Of a DNA stretch of 64,000 bases, positions 14,035 to 26,903 are shown piece by piece. The position numbers and the translations under genes were made by a program. Position 1 is the first letter of the stretch; each line of letters starts with the position of its first letter. A model generated the notes under the pieces. The model searched no databases. It saw only the letters and a program-made list of their open reading frames with translations, and was not told the DNA's origin. The stretch comes from Octopus sinensis (lineage: Eukaryota), in assembly GCF_006345805.1 (NCBI RefSeq), contig NW_021833458.1, positions 10,371 through 74,370 of the forward strand, given 5' to 3'.

Positions 14035-14145
14035 CACCTTCCGGGACAATGAATATAGAGGAATGCTTTCATTAAGGTACAGATCAGTATTTCAAAATAT
14101 AAATATCATTTCGGATCCAGCTAGATTTCGATATTTATATAACAG
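14035..14145 (+). CDS. Candidate internal exon (TFRDNEYRGMLSLRYRSVFQNINIISDPARFRYLYN)
   Basis: AAG/TAG tandem acceptor, CAG|GTAACA donor, open frame phase 2 to phase 2. Confidence 0.35.
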
Positions 14146-14564
14146 GTAACATTTCTGAGTACAGAAAAGTCTATTTATATACGTCCTTTGCCAAAATACT
14201 TTTTAAAGGATCTTCAATAAAACGCAGCTGTTGAGTAGAAGAAAGACCCTATAATCTCGTACGAAACTAATATTTTTGAAAACTACATATTTTTGTGGGT
14301 TCAGATATATACTTATAAAAGATGATTTTACAACGTTCAGACTGAAAATATTTCTGTTTATGATAAGTATGAATGGGGAATGGAGTTTTAATTCCACTGC
14401 TACTCATCATAGATTTGTCTGTATTTGTCTGTATTTATTATCATCCTAGTGATATATTTATGGTTTACAGATGAAAGCTTATCCATATTTTTTCATATAA
14501 TCAGATTTAACATGTTCCCTAAGCGGCATACACTCAAATTTAGAGGGCATTGTTAGTCCTTAAA

Positions 14565-14949
14565 TCTCTCTCTCTATATATAAACGGCAAAATGTCTATC
14601 TGTATGTGTGCGTGCGTGTCCTTTATACAAATCCACAATTTTTCAGTTAGAGGGCTCGCACTTTCTTATGGTCATTCAAAGCCGTCCAAGGGTGTTTGTG
14701 CCCATCTTTACATTTCCCCAGTCACCCCGCAAAGCCATTAAAAAATCAATAGAAGTGACTTTTTTGTGAATTTTCTATCCAAAACCCAGTCAAAATGCCC
14801 AAAACTTGATACGCCAATTGAATGCCAGCTAGCTGTATGTGATTGGTCAGAGATTTGGACAGTACTTGCGTGTATGTGCGCACGCACGCACGCAGCTGTA
14901 TATGCATGCACTACCACTATGACCCGGCGTTGCCGTGTCGTAGTGCTAG
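14565..14949 (+). mobile_element. Non-autonomous Helitron
   Basis: a|TC start (tctctctctatataaa), subterminal hairpin cccggcgttgccgtg, CTAG|t end, A/T target, no TSD. Confidence 0.75.
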
Positions 14950-15703
14950 TCATTTATAATTTTTAAAACGTCCCAAGGCGATGACGTGGCAGAATCGTTT
15001 GCTCGACGGGCAAAATGTTCAGCGTCTGGTCTATGACACAGACACAAAGAAAAGAAAGATGATCACATAGTGATTATTGTTCTCTAATTGTACATATCAC
15101 GCCGTTTTATTATTTATTTCTCTAATTTTCAACGTCTTTTATTTTATCGTACTTTATTATCTCTTCTCTGATTTCAATCTTTGTGTTGATACTCTCTCAC
15201 TTTTTTTTAACATAAATGAACTCTCCCGCTTAACTTTTAACTTTGGTATACTCCCCATCTTTTCTTCTGACCTAAGTATACTCTCACTTCAGCTTTACTT
15301 CTCTCTATTCTTAATGATTTCTCCTTCACTTTAAAACACCCTTTTCTCTCCTCGAGTCTGTCGAGACGCAGTCATCTAACATTACAATTGCATTTATTCA
15401 ATTCTCTTCTATAATAAACAAACTGTCCTCAAGATTTTCACACATCTTATTTACATGGGAACAACTTTAGACATCGTTCAACCCCATTCTCACTAAAATA
15501 TTGCTTTCTATACCACTACCCTACTTTCTTATATTTCTTAGTATTTTTAGTCACTTATATAACAGAAGAGCCTTGTGTTCCGTTTTGTCCATAAAATTTA
15601 CTTCAACGTGGTCCGTCATTCGCAGCAGTGAAAGACGTACCTCGTACTCTTACGTTTTTCTGTTTATATTTCTGTCCCACTTATATATGTATATATCTAC
15701 ATT

Positions 15704-15960
15704 CATATGAGAGGGATGATAACTATGTGGACAACCCTTATGCTAGAAGAAGATCCGCTATGGTCTTACGACTAAGAAATGTTCTCAAGAAAATTTCGGA
15801 TCTACTTCTAGCATAAGGGTTGTCCACATAGTAGTCATTCCTCTCATATGTATGTAATACAATTTTCTGAACCTTCAGATTTTAACATGCTAGACCACTG
15901 GTTTTAAATTAATGTTAATCAAATTAATATCCAATTTTTCATCCTCATTTTAAATTTATG
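15704..15960. mobile_element. Penelope-like repeat with terminal fold-back
   Basis: 54-bp inverted arms at 15704-15757 and 15797-15850; body shared with 925-1145. Confidence 0.55.
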
Positions 15961-16544
15961 TATATATTTATATATTTATTTGGTTATTTTTATAATACTA
16001 TTTGTATTTTTCCATTATTTTTCTACTATCTATCTCTCTCTGTATATAACTTCAGTGTTTTTTTCCAAATTCTTCCTCTTACACAGTACACGTCACTATT
16101 TTTTTCCTGTAAATTAATACAACCATCATATGCATATCTAAATGTAAGCAATATCGTAATTTTATTCAAGCGTTTCATTTCTATTTCAAAACCATTTAAA
16201 ATCCAGTTTTAGCATATACGTTATAATAAACACTTTAGTTGTTTCGAAAAGCGGTAATGCGAAACCGTGAGCAAGATACGGTATAAATGACAGTTGCATT
16301 TTTCTGTTATTACACATACACACACACATATATATATACATACATGCGTGTATGTTTTTTTTTTTGTCAGTGTGTGTAAATAATATTAGCAACAGACGAA
16401 ATATTGTGTAACACTATCCGTACTGTATTTATAAATAGACGCGTAAGCCTGTCAACACGTTTCTTCGCAATTCGATAGATAAACGTTACAGTTGATGTTT
16501 ACATATAGCACTTCTATTGCTCAAATCGGACATAGACGTAAAAC

Positions 16545-16595
<51 letters not shown>

Positions 16596-16986
16596 TAGAG
16601 ATAGAGGGAGGGAGAGAGACAGAGAGACAGAGAGACACAGAGAGAGAGAGACAGTATGTGTGTGTTTCTGCGACTATCGATATATGCGGCTTGTCTAGAA
16701 TGGGTGACGTATGTACGAGTTATTAATATTCTTCTCTAGAAGTTCTTTTTCTTTTTTGTCGCCAATACGAATGAAAAGATTAAAAAGTTATTGAGACCTA
16801 ACATGATAAAACAATAAGTCATATTAAAGATATTTTGAAAACACGCTTAGAACGCGCAGACACTCGACTTGGATACATAAACACAAATACAAACGCATTC
16901 ACACAGATATTTATATACAGATGTACGTATGCTTGAGTATATAAATATGTATGCGTGTACACAGACATACCTACACACACATATAC

Positions 16987-17214
16987 TCTTTTATTCTTTA
17001 TTTGTTTCAGTCATTTGACTGTGGCCATGCCTTTAGTCGATAAGCACCGCCTTTAGTCGATCAAATCGACCCCAGGACTTACTCTTTGGAAGCCTAATAC
17101 TTATTGTATCGGTCTCTCTTGCCGAACCGCTAAGTGACGGGTACGTAAACACACCACCATCGGTTGTCAAGCGATTTTGGGGGTACAAAACAGACACACA
17201 AACGTATACACACG

Positions 17215-17267
<53 letters not shown>

Positions 17268-17350
17268 GACGGGCTTCTTTCAGTTTCTGTCAACAAAATT
17301 CTCTCACAAGGCCTTGGTGCGCCCGAAGCTATAGTAGAAGACACTTGCCC
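16987..17350 (-). mobile_element. SINE family A copy
   Basis: Tail, internal (CA)n(TA)n and core present. Confidence 0.85.
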
Positions 17351-17699
17351 ATGGTGGGGAATTTCTACGCCTTTGAAACCGGGAAAGCGGACCCATGAAC
17401 CTGGCTAGGCTTTAAAAGGGCGAATTTATTTTTATATATTTATATGTGTATGTACTAATACATATGAATGTGTGTCTGTGAATGTGGGTATGGGTGTGTG
17501 TATAATACGCACACACATGTATACTGGATGGGCAGGTATATGGATGGACATTTCAGTATATAAATCAAGAGAAACCTACATTAAGAAATCTTATCTTTTA
17601 ACATTTTTTCCCTCTGGTGTATTATCGACTTTAATATTACTGATGATTAGAATCTATAAGCCTAAAATAAAATATGAGGTAGTCCTTGTGAGTTTACAC

Positions 17700-17945
17700 A
17701 CCAGCTACAGTCGTTAATGTGAAACCAGGTATTTCAGAGGACGCTCTTATCCGTGTTCAGGTTTAGGGAAGATCCGGTGTTGATCTGGCAACTCGAATCG
17801 AAAGAAAGACTGCAGATCCAGAAAATCATCAATGGGGGTTCTAAAGGATTGTTAAGGATCCTTCCTGGAACCTTTCACGCAGCAGAATTCGCTGTGAGAC
17901 ATCCTCGCACCAAAAGACCGCTTAATCATCCTATATTATGACGGA
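17700..17945 (-). pseudogene. Possible Penelope-like element ORF C-terminus remnant
   Basis: ..SLNLNTDKSVL* resembles the LNxD motif that ends PLE GIY-YIG ORFs; short and decayed. Confidence 0.3.
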
Positions 17946-17970
17946 GGCACAGTACATATCGGACAATACT

Positions 17971-18513
17971 TATTTCTTTACTACCCACAAGGGGCTAAAC
18001 ACAGAGGGGACAAAGAAGGACAGACAAACGGATTAAGTCGATTATATGGCATAGTCGGGCATATGGCATAGTGGTTAAGAGAGCAGGCTACTAACCTCAA
18101 GGTTCAGAGTTCAATTCTGTTCGGTAACATGAACAACAACAACAACAATAGAGAATTGAAAAATCAATCAATCATCATATCGACCCCACTGCGTAACTGG
18201 TACTTATTTAATCGACCCCGAAAGGATGAAAGGCAAAGTCAACTCGGCGAATTTGAACTCAGAACGGGACGGCAGACGAAATACCTATTTCTTTACTACC
18301 CACAAGGGGCTAACACAGAGAGAACAAACAAGGACAGACAACGGATTAAGTCGATTATATCGACCCCCTGCGTAACTGTACTTATTTAATCGACCCCGAA
18401 AGGATGAAAGGCAATCGACCTCGCGGAATTTGAACTCAGAACGGAACGGCAGACGAAAATACGCGCTAAGCATTTCGCCCGGCGTGCTAACGATTTGCCA
18501 GCTCGCCGCCGTT
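17971..18513 (-). mobile_element. SINE family B partial dimer with nested tRNA-like head plus (AAC)n
   Basis: 16-bp TSD catatcggacaatact at 17955-17970 and 18514-18529. Confidence 0.85.
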
Positions 18514-19936
18514 CATATCGGACAATACTGTAGTGAACATGAGAAACATATGACAATGATCATATTGCAGACTCCTAGATCACGTGATTTAAATGTGGTG
18601 ACATAATAAGTCGGGAGCGCCGTCCAAGAGAGACCCGTGTTAAAAACAAACAAGGAGGCGCATCTACGGTATGACTCGTAGGCGTCCAGTTGCGTCTGTG
18701 GTAGAATCGGTAACGTCATTTGGGTTGCCGGCGGTTTCGGTGGATGGCTTATCTTTCGTTATGACTATCTTGTTCAATATGTGTGCCAAATCTCTTTCAG
18801 CAGCATGTTTTATTTTCGTTTTTTGTGTGTTTGTTTTAGTTTGTTTTGTTCGTTCTCGTTTGCCTGGCGCACCCTGATATGCTTGCATGTGGTTGAATGC
18901 ACGCGTGTGGATTTAAGCATACATACAGACATATATGCGGGTGAAATGTGATATTTATAAAAATTTGTCACTTAAGTGCACACGCACACACACACACACA
19001 CACACATAGGGAGAAAGATAGCTAGATAAAGAGAGAAAGGGTGAAAGAAAGAGAGAGAAAGAGGTTAAAGAGATAGAGAAAGGGAGAGAGAGAAAAAGAG
19101 CGGATGACGTTTTATTTCCAGCGTAAACTCGGGAGCTGCCACGTAGATAATATCGATGCATTTGAAAAACTTTTAAGGAAATTGAACTTTTAATCCAGGC
19201 CGTGCAGCGTTGCTGTATATCGTCTTCCATTATTACCACATTGAAATTTGTTCACAAATATATGTGCTCAAACATTGATCAGAACCGAGAGGCCTCACCC
19301 AGGTAACAATATATGCCAATACGTAATATATTGGCGTACCATCGGCAGCTAAACCTAAACCCCTCCAAAATTACTTCATACAGTAATTTTTGGACAGAGT
19401 GAATCCAAAAACTATCAAAACAAGGATATTCTAAAAGTAGCTGAATAAGAGTTCCTTGTATGGAAATTTGAAAGCGAATATATAAAGGGCAATTTTGCTC
19501 GAGGCCTTCATGCTTATATTATCTGACAGCTCATCTGATTTTGTCTACCGCCATTCTAACGGCTTCAAATTTTTGAAGCGCAACATTACAGTGCACATAT
19601 AATTAAACTGCAGGAGTTTTTCGCAATATTTTGCTTTTATACCGCAAAAATTAAGATTCGGATATACAAGAATGACGAATAGACAACACGAATTTTGTTA
19701 TGGCGACTTGGCAACGCGTCAGTCATAAAAAATGCCGACACTTACATAGATACATAGATACCATGATATTCACAATACTGCAAATATCGCATAAGAGATA
19801 TCAGCTGTAAATTTTCGATATTCTGGGAACTTAAGTCTTAGTTGAGGTGTCTCAATATCCATTAAGTAAAGCAGGGTACTTGGTGAAAAGTTTCTATTGA
19901 ATATTACCAGAGTACCTCACAAGAAGGTGGTACATA

Positions 19937-20352
19937 CTCTTAACTCTTTTACTTGTTTCAGTCATTTGACTGCGGCCATGCTGGAGCACCGTCTTTAGTC
20001 GAGCAAATCGATCCCATGGCATATTCTTTGTAAGCCTAGTACTTATTCTAACGGTGTCTTTTGCCGAACCGCTAAGTGACGGGGACGTAAACACACCAGC
20101 ATCGGTTGTCAAGCGATGTTGAGGGACAGACACAGACACACAAACATATACGTACACACACACACGCATACATATATATACATATATACACCGGGCTTCT
20201 TTCAGTTTCCGTCTACCAAATCCACTCACAAGGCATTGGTCGGACCGGGGATAAAGTTGAAGAAACTTGACCAAGGTGCCACGCAGTGAGACTGAACCCG
20301 GAACCATGTGGTTGGTAAGCAAGCTACTTACTACACAGCCACTCCTGCGCCT
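19937..20352 (-). mobile_element. SINE family A, full length
   Basis: Head gcaggagtggctgtgtagtaag to tail gactgaaacaagtaaaagag. Confidence 0.9.
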
Positions 20353-20674
20353 ATGTCACAAATTTTAGTGGGAAACTGGGTGCATATTATGAAACGACTG
20401 AATGTGTGTGCGTGCATGTATAAAACTATACATACGCACCCCCATATACTCACACGTGAACATATAACACACACCCCATCCCTGTTTTCCCCACTCTCAC
20501 ATCCTCCCACCTCCAAACATAATCACACCACAGCACACACCAGTACACCATACACCACCATACTACTACACAACACCACACCACATCACATGACACCACC
20601 ACGCACACACTATCACTGACCACTTCCTAACCCCACATCCTCCCACATACACAGACACACACACACACACACAT

Positions 20675-20711
<37 letters not shown>

Positions 20712-21763
20712 GATGCAGGCCTGGCTGCTGGGGGTATTTTCTCCCCTTCGTAAATATATAAGGACACAGGAAAAAAAATGTGTCGAAGCCATCAGGAAGC
20801 GTCGATACTTCCTAGGGCTAAACAGCGGTGGTGTAATCCCCTACTGTCACGTTAAATTGACAGTGTACAACTATTCTATCGCCCCATCACCGTACATATC
20901 TCTATGAGATATTTAGAAATTTAATATTTCTGATATATATATATATATATATTTGCATTCCTGCACAAAGGCATGCATACGTACTTGCATATATTGTACA
21001 TATATACATTCACAGTCCAACAAACAATACACATAGGTAGGGGAACATTTAGTCATTCAAAAGTGCACAACTGTTTAATTTGTCTTAATCATTCATTATT
21101 TATAGTGACAGATTTTGTTGCATTCTCAACGACCTGCCTACTGGTCTGCCAGTAAAGCTGTTCGCAAATTTAACAGAACTCAGGCCTCTTATAAATTAAT
21201 TTTTCTACCTCGACCCTATTGGAAATTCATTCCGGTCGTCCTAAATTAACCTATATAGCTGAGTGAAAAAAAATGTTTCTTAATAACTTAAGGCGGATAT
21301 CCACTGCGCGATAGCCCTGTTTCAGAATATTTGCCGTTAGGCTTTGAGTAACAATGATGTAGTGGGGTCATGAACAATATCTCAGAAGGCCTTTCGTGGT
21401 ACTCTTAAATTTAGGAACATTACAGCACCCGTCGTGTATATATATAATTACATATAAGAGGAAGAAATTAATTTAGATGCATAACATATCATGAAAATTG
21501 TTATTGCTTACTTGAAAAATTGTTGCCATTTTGGGATTTGTTTTCCATGTTATGGATGTCCGTATTATCATTAGTAGTAGTATTGCTACCATTTTACCAA
21601 TTCTTCATTTCTGACTGACTTTCTGTTAGAAATGAGATTTTCTTCCGCTCAATTTTATCGGTAACATAAATCAGCTTCCGCCATATTCACTCGAAGCTCA
21701 ATTTGCAAGAAAATCACAATGCTGAACACTGCTTGTGATAGTTACCTCCTCTTTCTCTCTCTC

Positions 21764-21811
<48 letters not shown>

Positions 21812-22154
21812 GGGGGTATCGCAAAAGAAATCTCTCCGTCATCCGATTATCCATCTCAAGCCGCTTATTCTAGATTTAGATTTAGTAGAGTTATAACTAT
21901 CTTATTTCGTCTTTTGTATATATTCGGTGTTTCTTTTACATTTTTTGTTCTTCCCCAGTTGTTATACGGTGTTTGTATCTAACCATATATGTATGCATCT
22001 GTGTAAGTATATATGTATATATATGCTTACATAAATATGTGTTAGTGTTTATAAAAATATATATATACATACACATTTCAATATGTAATTATATAATTAC
22101 ACACACAAACACACACACACACACAAACACATACACATATATTTATAAACTTTT

Positions 22155-22797
22155 ACACTTTTTAGTCATTTGACTGTGGCCCTGCTGAAGCACCACTTTT
22201 AGTCTAAGAAATCGAACCCAAGACTTATTCTTTGTAAGCCAGGTACTTATTCTAGCGATCTCTTTTACCGAACCGCTAATTTTTGGGGACAGCAACACAC
22301 CAACATCGGTTGTTAAACGATAGGGAAGGTGTGAGAAACACAGACACACAAACATATACATACATACATACATACATACATACATACATACATACATACA
22401 TACATACATACATACATACATTATGGCTGCCCCTTCGTTATCAAGTATAGCCATTGCACGAAGCTTAACTGTTACTGGTGCTGTGATCGAATGTGACTTT
22501 TTAGCCCAGCTAAAGATCTACAATGTCTTGTACAAAATTGGCAACTAAAACCTTTACTGGTAATAGCCAGCTGTAGTTGTAACTGGGCTTCATGTACCTT
22601 TGCATGTCGTTTAAGTCCTCCTGCCGAATTACACTCTCTTCCACATGCCCGACAGATATGATTAGTATGGTGTGTTACAACATCACCAGTGGCCAGGTTG
22701 TCACTTATCTGTCTCGTTTTATGACTACGAAGATGACACATGAGTCCAGCTTTACTGAGGCAGGGTCTTGCAATACATACATACATACATACATACA

Positions 22798-22833
<36 letters not shown>

Positions 22834-23006
22834 CGACGGGCTTTCAGTTTTCGCCTACGAAATCCACTCACAAGGGTTTGATTGGCACAAGGCTATAGTA
22901 GAAAACATTAGACCAAGATGCCACGCAGTGGGACTGAAACAGCAACGGTCTGTGTGTGTGTGTGTGGTGGGGGAGAAAGCTTCTTACCACTCAGCCACGC
23001 CTGCGC
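22155..23006 (-). mobile_element. SINE family A interrupted by an RTE-like LINE fragment
   Basis: Tail half 22155-22355, head half 22829-23006. Confidence 0.8.
22421..22772 (-). mobile_element. 5'-truncated RTE-like LINE 3' end encoding C2H2-like zinc fingers
   Basis: CRACGRECNSAGGLKRHAKVH and CQFCTRHCRSLAGLKSHIRSQH*; 3' hairpin cttcgt..acgaag; (TATG)n tail; same tail at 25745-25799 (+). Confidence 0.7.
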
Positions 23007-23231
23007 TTAGCTTCTTACCACACGGACATGAAATTAAACAACAAAACCAGCGTGAAATTTGTAGGACATTTATTAAGAGATAGGTGGTCCTCTGGATACC
23101 AAAGCATCTTATATATATATATATATATATATATGCATTTATATACAAACATTTGCATATATCTATACTTACATGCATACATATCTGTGTAGAGATATGT
23201 GTATGTTTATATAAAATATAGGAGTATAAAA

Positions 23232-23372
23232 AAAGGCGGCGAGCTGCAGAAACGTTAGCACGCCGGGCGAAATACTTAGCAGTATTTCGTCTGCCGTTAC
23301 GTTCTGAGTTCAAATTCTGCCGAGGTCGACTTTGCCATTCATGCTTTCGGGGTCGATAAATTAAGTACCAGC
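23232..23372 (+). mobile_element. SINE family B, 3'-truncated
   Basis: Head and central domain present. Confidence 0.8.
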
Positions 23373-23373
23373 T

Positions 23374-23428
<55 letters not shown>

Positions 23429-23910
23429 CGTATGTGTGTGTATGTGTGTATATGTATGTATGTATATATACACATACACAGACACAAACACACACACAAG
23501 CATGCTCACATACATGCATATACATATATGTGAGTGTGCGTGTGTGTGTGCGCGTGTGTATGTATATGTATGAATAACCTGCTGAAGGAGATATCTTAAA
23601 GGGGCTACAGTATCATAATCGACAGTTCTAGAGAACACTCACATCAAAGTGGTGATAAACTCTACTGTATATATATATAGAGAGAGAGAAATTCAGGGTG
23701 AGTACTTGATAATTATAAGCACCTGTATATACCGTTTGGTGGTGTAGGTGGTGGGGTAAATTAATCAAAATAAAAACATGATGCCAAGGATTCAGCGGTA
23801 CATATGCTTCGGGCCTTTATTAGACGGATTTATAACAATGCATAATGTGTGTCTATGGCCTTCTTCATCGGTAACATATATATATATTATATATATATAT
23901 ATATGCATAT

Positions 23911-23984
<74 letters not shown>

Positions 23985-24559
23985 TATATAATATATATAT
24001 ATATGAATTTAAACAAAAATTAAAATAACCGCCTTAAGGGATAGAAAATATCGAATAGATTTCTGCTTTGTTGCCTATTATATTGTTGTGAATAGTAGTA
24101 TTTCTAAAATAATACGTTTAAGTATAAATCTTGGTTTATATATATTCATATTAAAATCCGCAAAATGGAGAAGTCGCGTTAATATAATTTATTAACTGCA
24201 AGAATCCAGCATGTTCACGTACAGCTGTTTTTAGTTTGCTGTAAGGAATTAAATTCTATTAATTAAAGCATTTTATTAGGCAAAATATCGCCTGAGCAGT
24301 ATATTCTTCCAAAACATCACAGCAGCTGTTGAGAAATTTTGGAAGAATAACATGTAATGACCTAACGATATGTCGTTTCTTATTCCTCTGGCGAGAGTTT
24401 GTCCAGTAAAGTGCTTTAGTTAATAGTATTTAATTCCTTAGAGTAAAACTGAAACAGCTGTTCCTCAACATGTTGAATTTTTGCAGTTAACAAATTATAT
24501 TAACCCTACTAACCATTTTCTGGATGTATATATATATATATATATATAGTTAATCCAAA

Positions 24560-24745
24560 CAAGAAAACACAAAAAAACACAACAACGCGAGGACGTGGAA
24601 CAAATATAGTATTATTGGACGCTCAGAAAAGAAGGGAAGAAGGAGGATTTAACGTTTCGAGCGGAGCTCTTCGTCGGAAACATAGGAGAAGGAAAGATCC
24701 AGAGAAGGGAAGACAGAGGGAAAAAAATCGCCAACGGTACACACG
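24560..24745 (-). mobile_element. Penelope-like LTR repeat with hammerhead-like motif
   Basis: Minus strand TTT CCGACGA A GAGC TCC GCTC GAAAC GTT AAA; adjoins (AT)n. Confidence 0.5.
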
Positions 24746-25227
24746 AGGTCACATTATATAACTGTAATGCGTGTATGGGAAATATATCTATATATATAAA
24801 ACTCAACTTGTGTGTCTGTGTGTGTATCTGTGTGTGTCTCTGTGTGTTTAACTTCCCGGCACATCGCCTCCTAGCCAACAAATCGTAGAACCACCAAAAA
24901 TGGATCACTTAAAGTTTAGGAGAATGAAAATTGAACTGCGCTATTTCGTTCCGAAATTCATCTCGCAAGTGCAAAAATCGATAATGTGTTTGTTTAGGCC
25001 TTATCCCATGCATTGAAAAGTGAACTTTACTCAGTCAGCTGTTTGACGTGAACTGTGTTCACCACGCGTGCAAGCATGCGTAAATTGCATGAAAAATAAA
25101 CAATCAAGATATAGACACGAATCGCTGTAAACATTGTAGAAATTCGGCAAAGAAATGAATTTTCGGGATGTAGCCTGGAGGGTTTTTTCCTATTAATCGT
25201 CTAGACTTTTTGAATACATACCAATTA

Positions 25228-25600
25228 TCTATATATATAAAGCTGAAGTTGTCTGTGTATAGCAGGTTTGGTAGCCTTCAACTAGCACTATCTCCTCCGA
25301 GACCCTGCGGCGCAAGTTGACCAAAATTGAGAGTATGATACAAGAAGGCTTGCTCTTCCTTCCGTAGAAGAAAAAATTCAAATCGGACCATGTTAACACT
25401 AAAAATTATCTACATCAAAAAGGTGCTTTTTTTCTATGAAAATCCCTTCATTTTTTTTTACGATTTTTCTTTACTGTCGCCATTTTTCGTGTATTTCAAC
25501 CAGAAAAATATTCGCTTAAAGAGAATAACAAGCTACATAATGCAACATTTTTACTTTTCAAAAATTCCAATTCTAAAGCAACGCCGATGGATACTGCTAG
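25228..25600 (+). mobile_element. Non-autonomous Helitron, copy 1
   Basis: a|TCTATATATATAAAGCTGAAG start, gcaacgccg remnant hairpin, CTAG|t end; second copy at 56680-57070. Confidence 0.8.
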
Positions 25601-25967
25601 TATATATATTATATATATTTATATACAAAGACAGAGAGGATACGAAGATGTAACACTCTTCTCTACTTACAATCAATAAGTATGTAAGTATGTAGTTCAT
25701 ATGAAACTAATACCAAGTAATTTGATTAATATCAGCAAATTCACTTAGCTTCGTGCAATGGACATACTCGATAACGATGGGGCTGCCATAATAATGTATG
25801 CACAAGTATATAATGTATATTTTGAATATTTGAAAATATTTATTTATCTTTTCATCGGGCACTGATATTCTGTTCGCAATCTAATGAAATATCATGCAAC
25901 TTAAAGTTATTATACTAAATCAGCTACTTCATTTGTTTCTACTATCTATTTGTATTATTTCCTCTGC

Positions 25968-26054
<87 letters not shown>

Positions 26055-26183
26055 AATATTCTATAATTATATACATAATTATTATTAGGGGTCAGCTAAT
26101 TGCTTGACCGCGTACATATATACATACATATATATACATATATATATACAAACATACACACCGATATGCTTGTATATATGGGA

Positions 26184-26248
26184 CCATGCTGATGAGGCTG
26201 CACTTTTCCTTGCGGAAAATAACAGCTGAAACTAAATTTAGTACATGG
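26184..26248 (+). ncRNA. Type I hammerhead ribozyme within a Penelope-like repeat (about 26085-26390)
   Basis: Stem I ccatg/catgg; CTGATGA; stem II ggctg/cagct plus ttttcc/ggaaaa; GAAAC; palindromic stem III actaaatttagt; GTA cleavage triplet at 26241-26243. Confidence 0.85.
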
Positions 26249-26441
26249 GTAAATATTTATTCCGTATATTTTTCACTTTGGTTTTGTTGAGTTTGATCTG
26301 AGAACATAAACTTGTTGTGGAGAATGGCGATTTGACGTCTATATCTAGCATGTTGACTGTCCATTTTTCGTGTGCAGTCCTTAATTGGTATGTATGTATA
26401 TATATATATATATATATAATATATATATGTCTATATATACA

Positions 26442-26483
<42 letters not shown>

Positions 26484-26561
26484 GTTTTATATATATGTAA
26501 TATATACATATATAATATACATGTACGTATATATATATACATATATGTATATATATAAAAC

Positions 26562-26593
<32 letters not shown>

Positions 26594-26903
26594 TAATATA
26601 TACGGTACACAGAGTCTCCTTCACTTAATAACGGTACCTACATAAGACTTGTGGCAGATTTTTAAACTTACAAACTTCGTCGTGAAGTATTTCCCTCTCT
26701 CGTATTATGCGATCACGAATCTTACTAATACTTCAACATTGTAACCTTACAATAAATCCTCCAATATCTTTTACACATCTTTGATGATTATAATTCGGAA
26801 TAAGCTTTGGAGATGATCTGAGTATTGACCTATTTTGCGATAATATTTCACAAACATTGTAATATTTCTTCTATGCAGAATTAATAAAAAAAAAATTATT
26901 ATG

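Noticed and set aside
18053-18125. tRNA gene
   Set aside because: A/B boxes are present but the acceptor and anticodon stems do not close; treated as a tRNA-derived SINE head.
22472-22822. Host C2H2 zinc-finger gene
   Set aside because: No TGEKP linkers; a retroelement-type 3' tail and microsatellite flanks; the Met start comes from the (TATG)n repeat.
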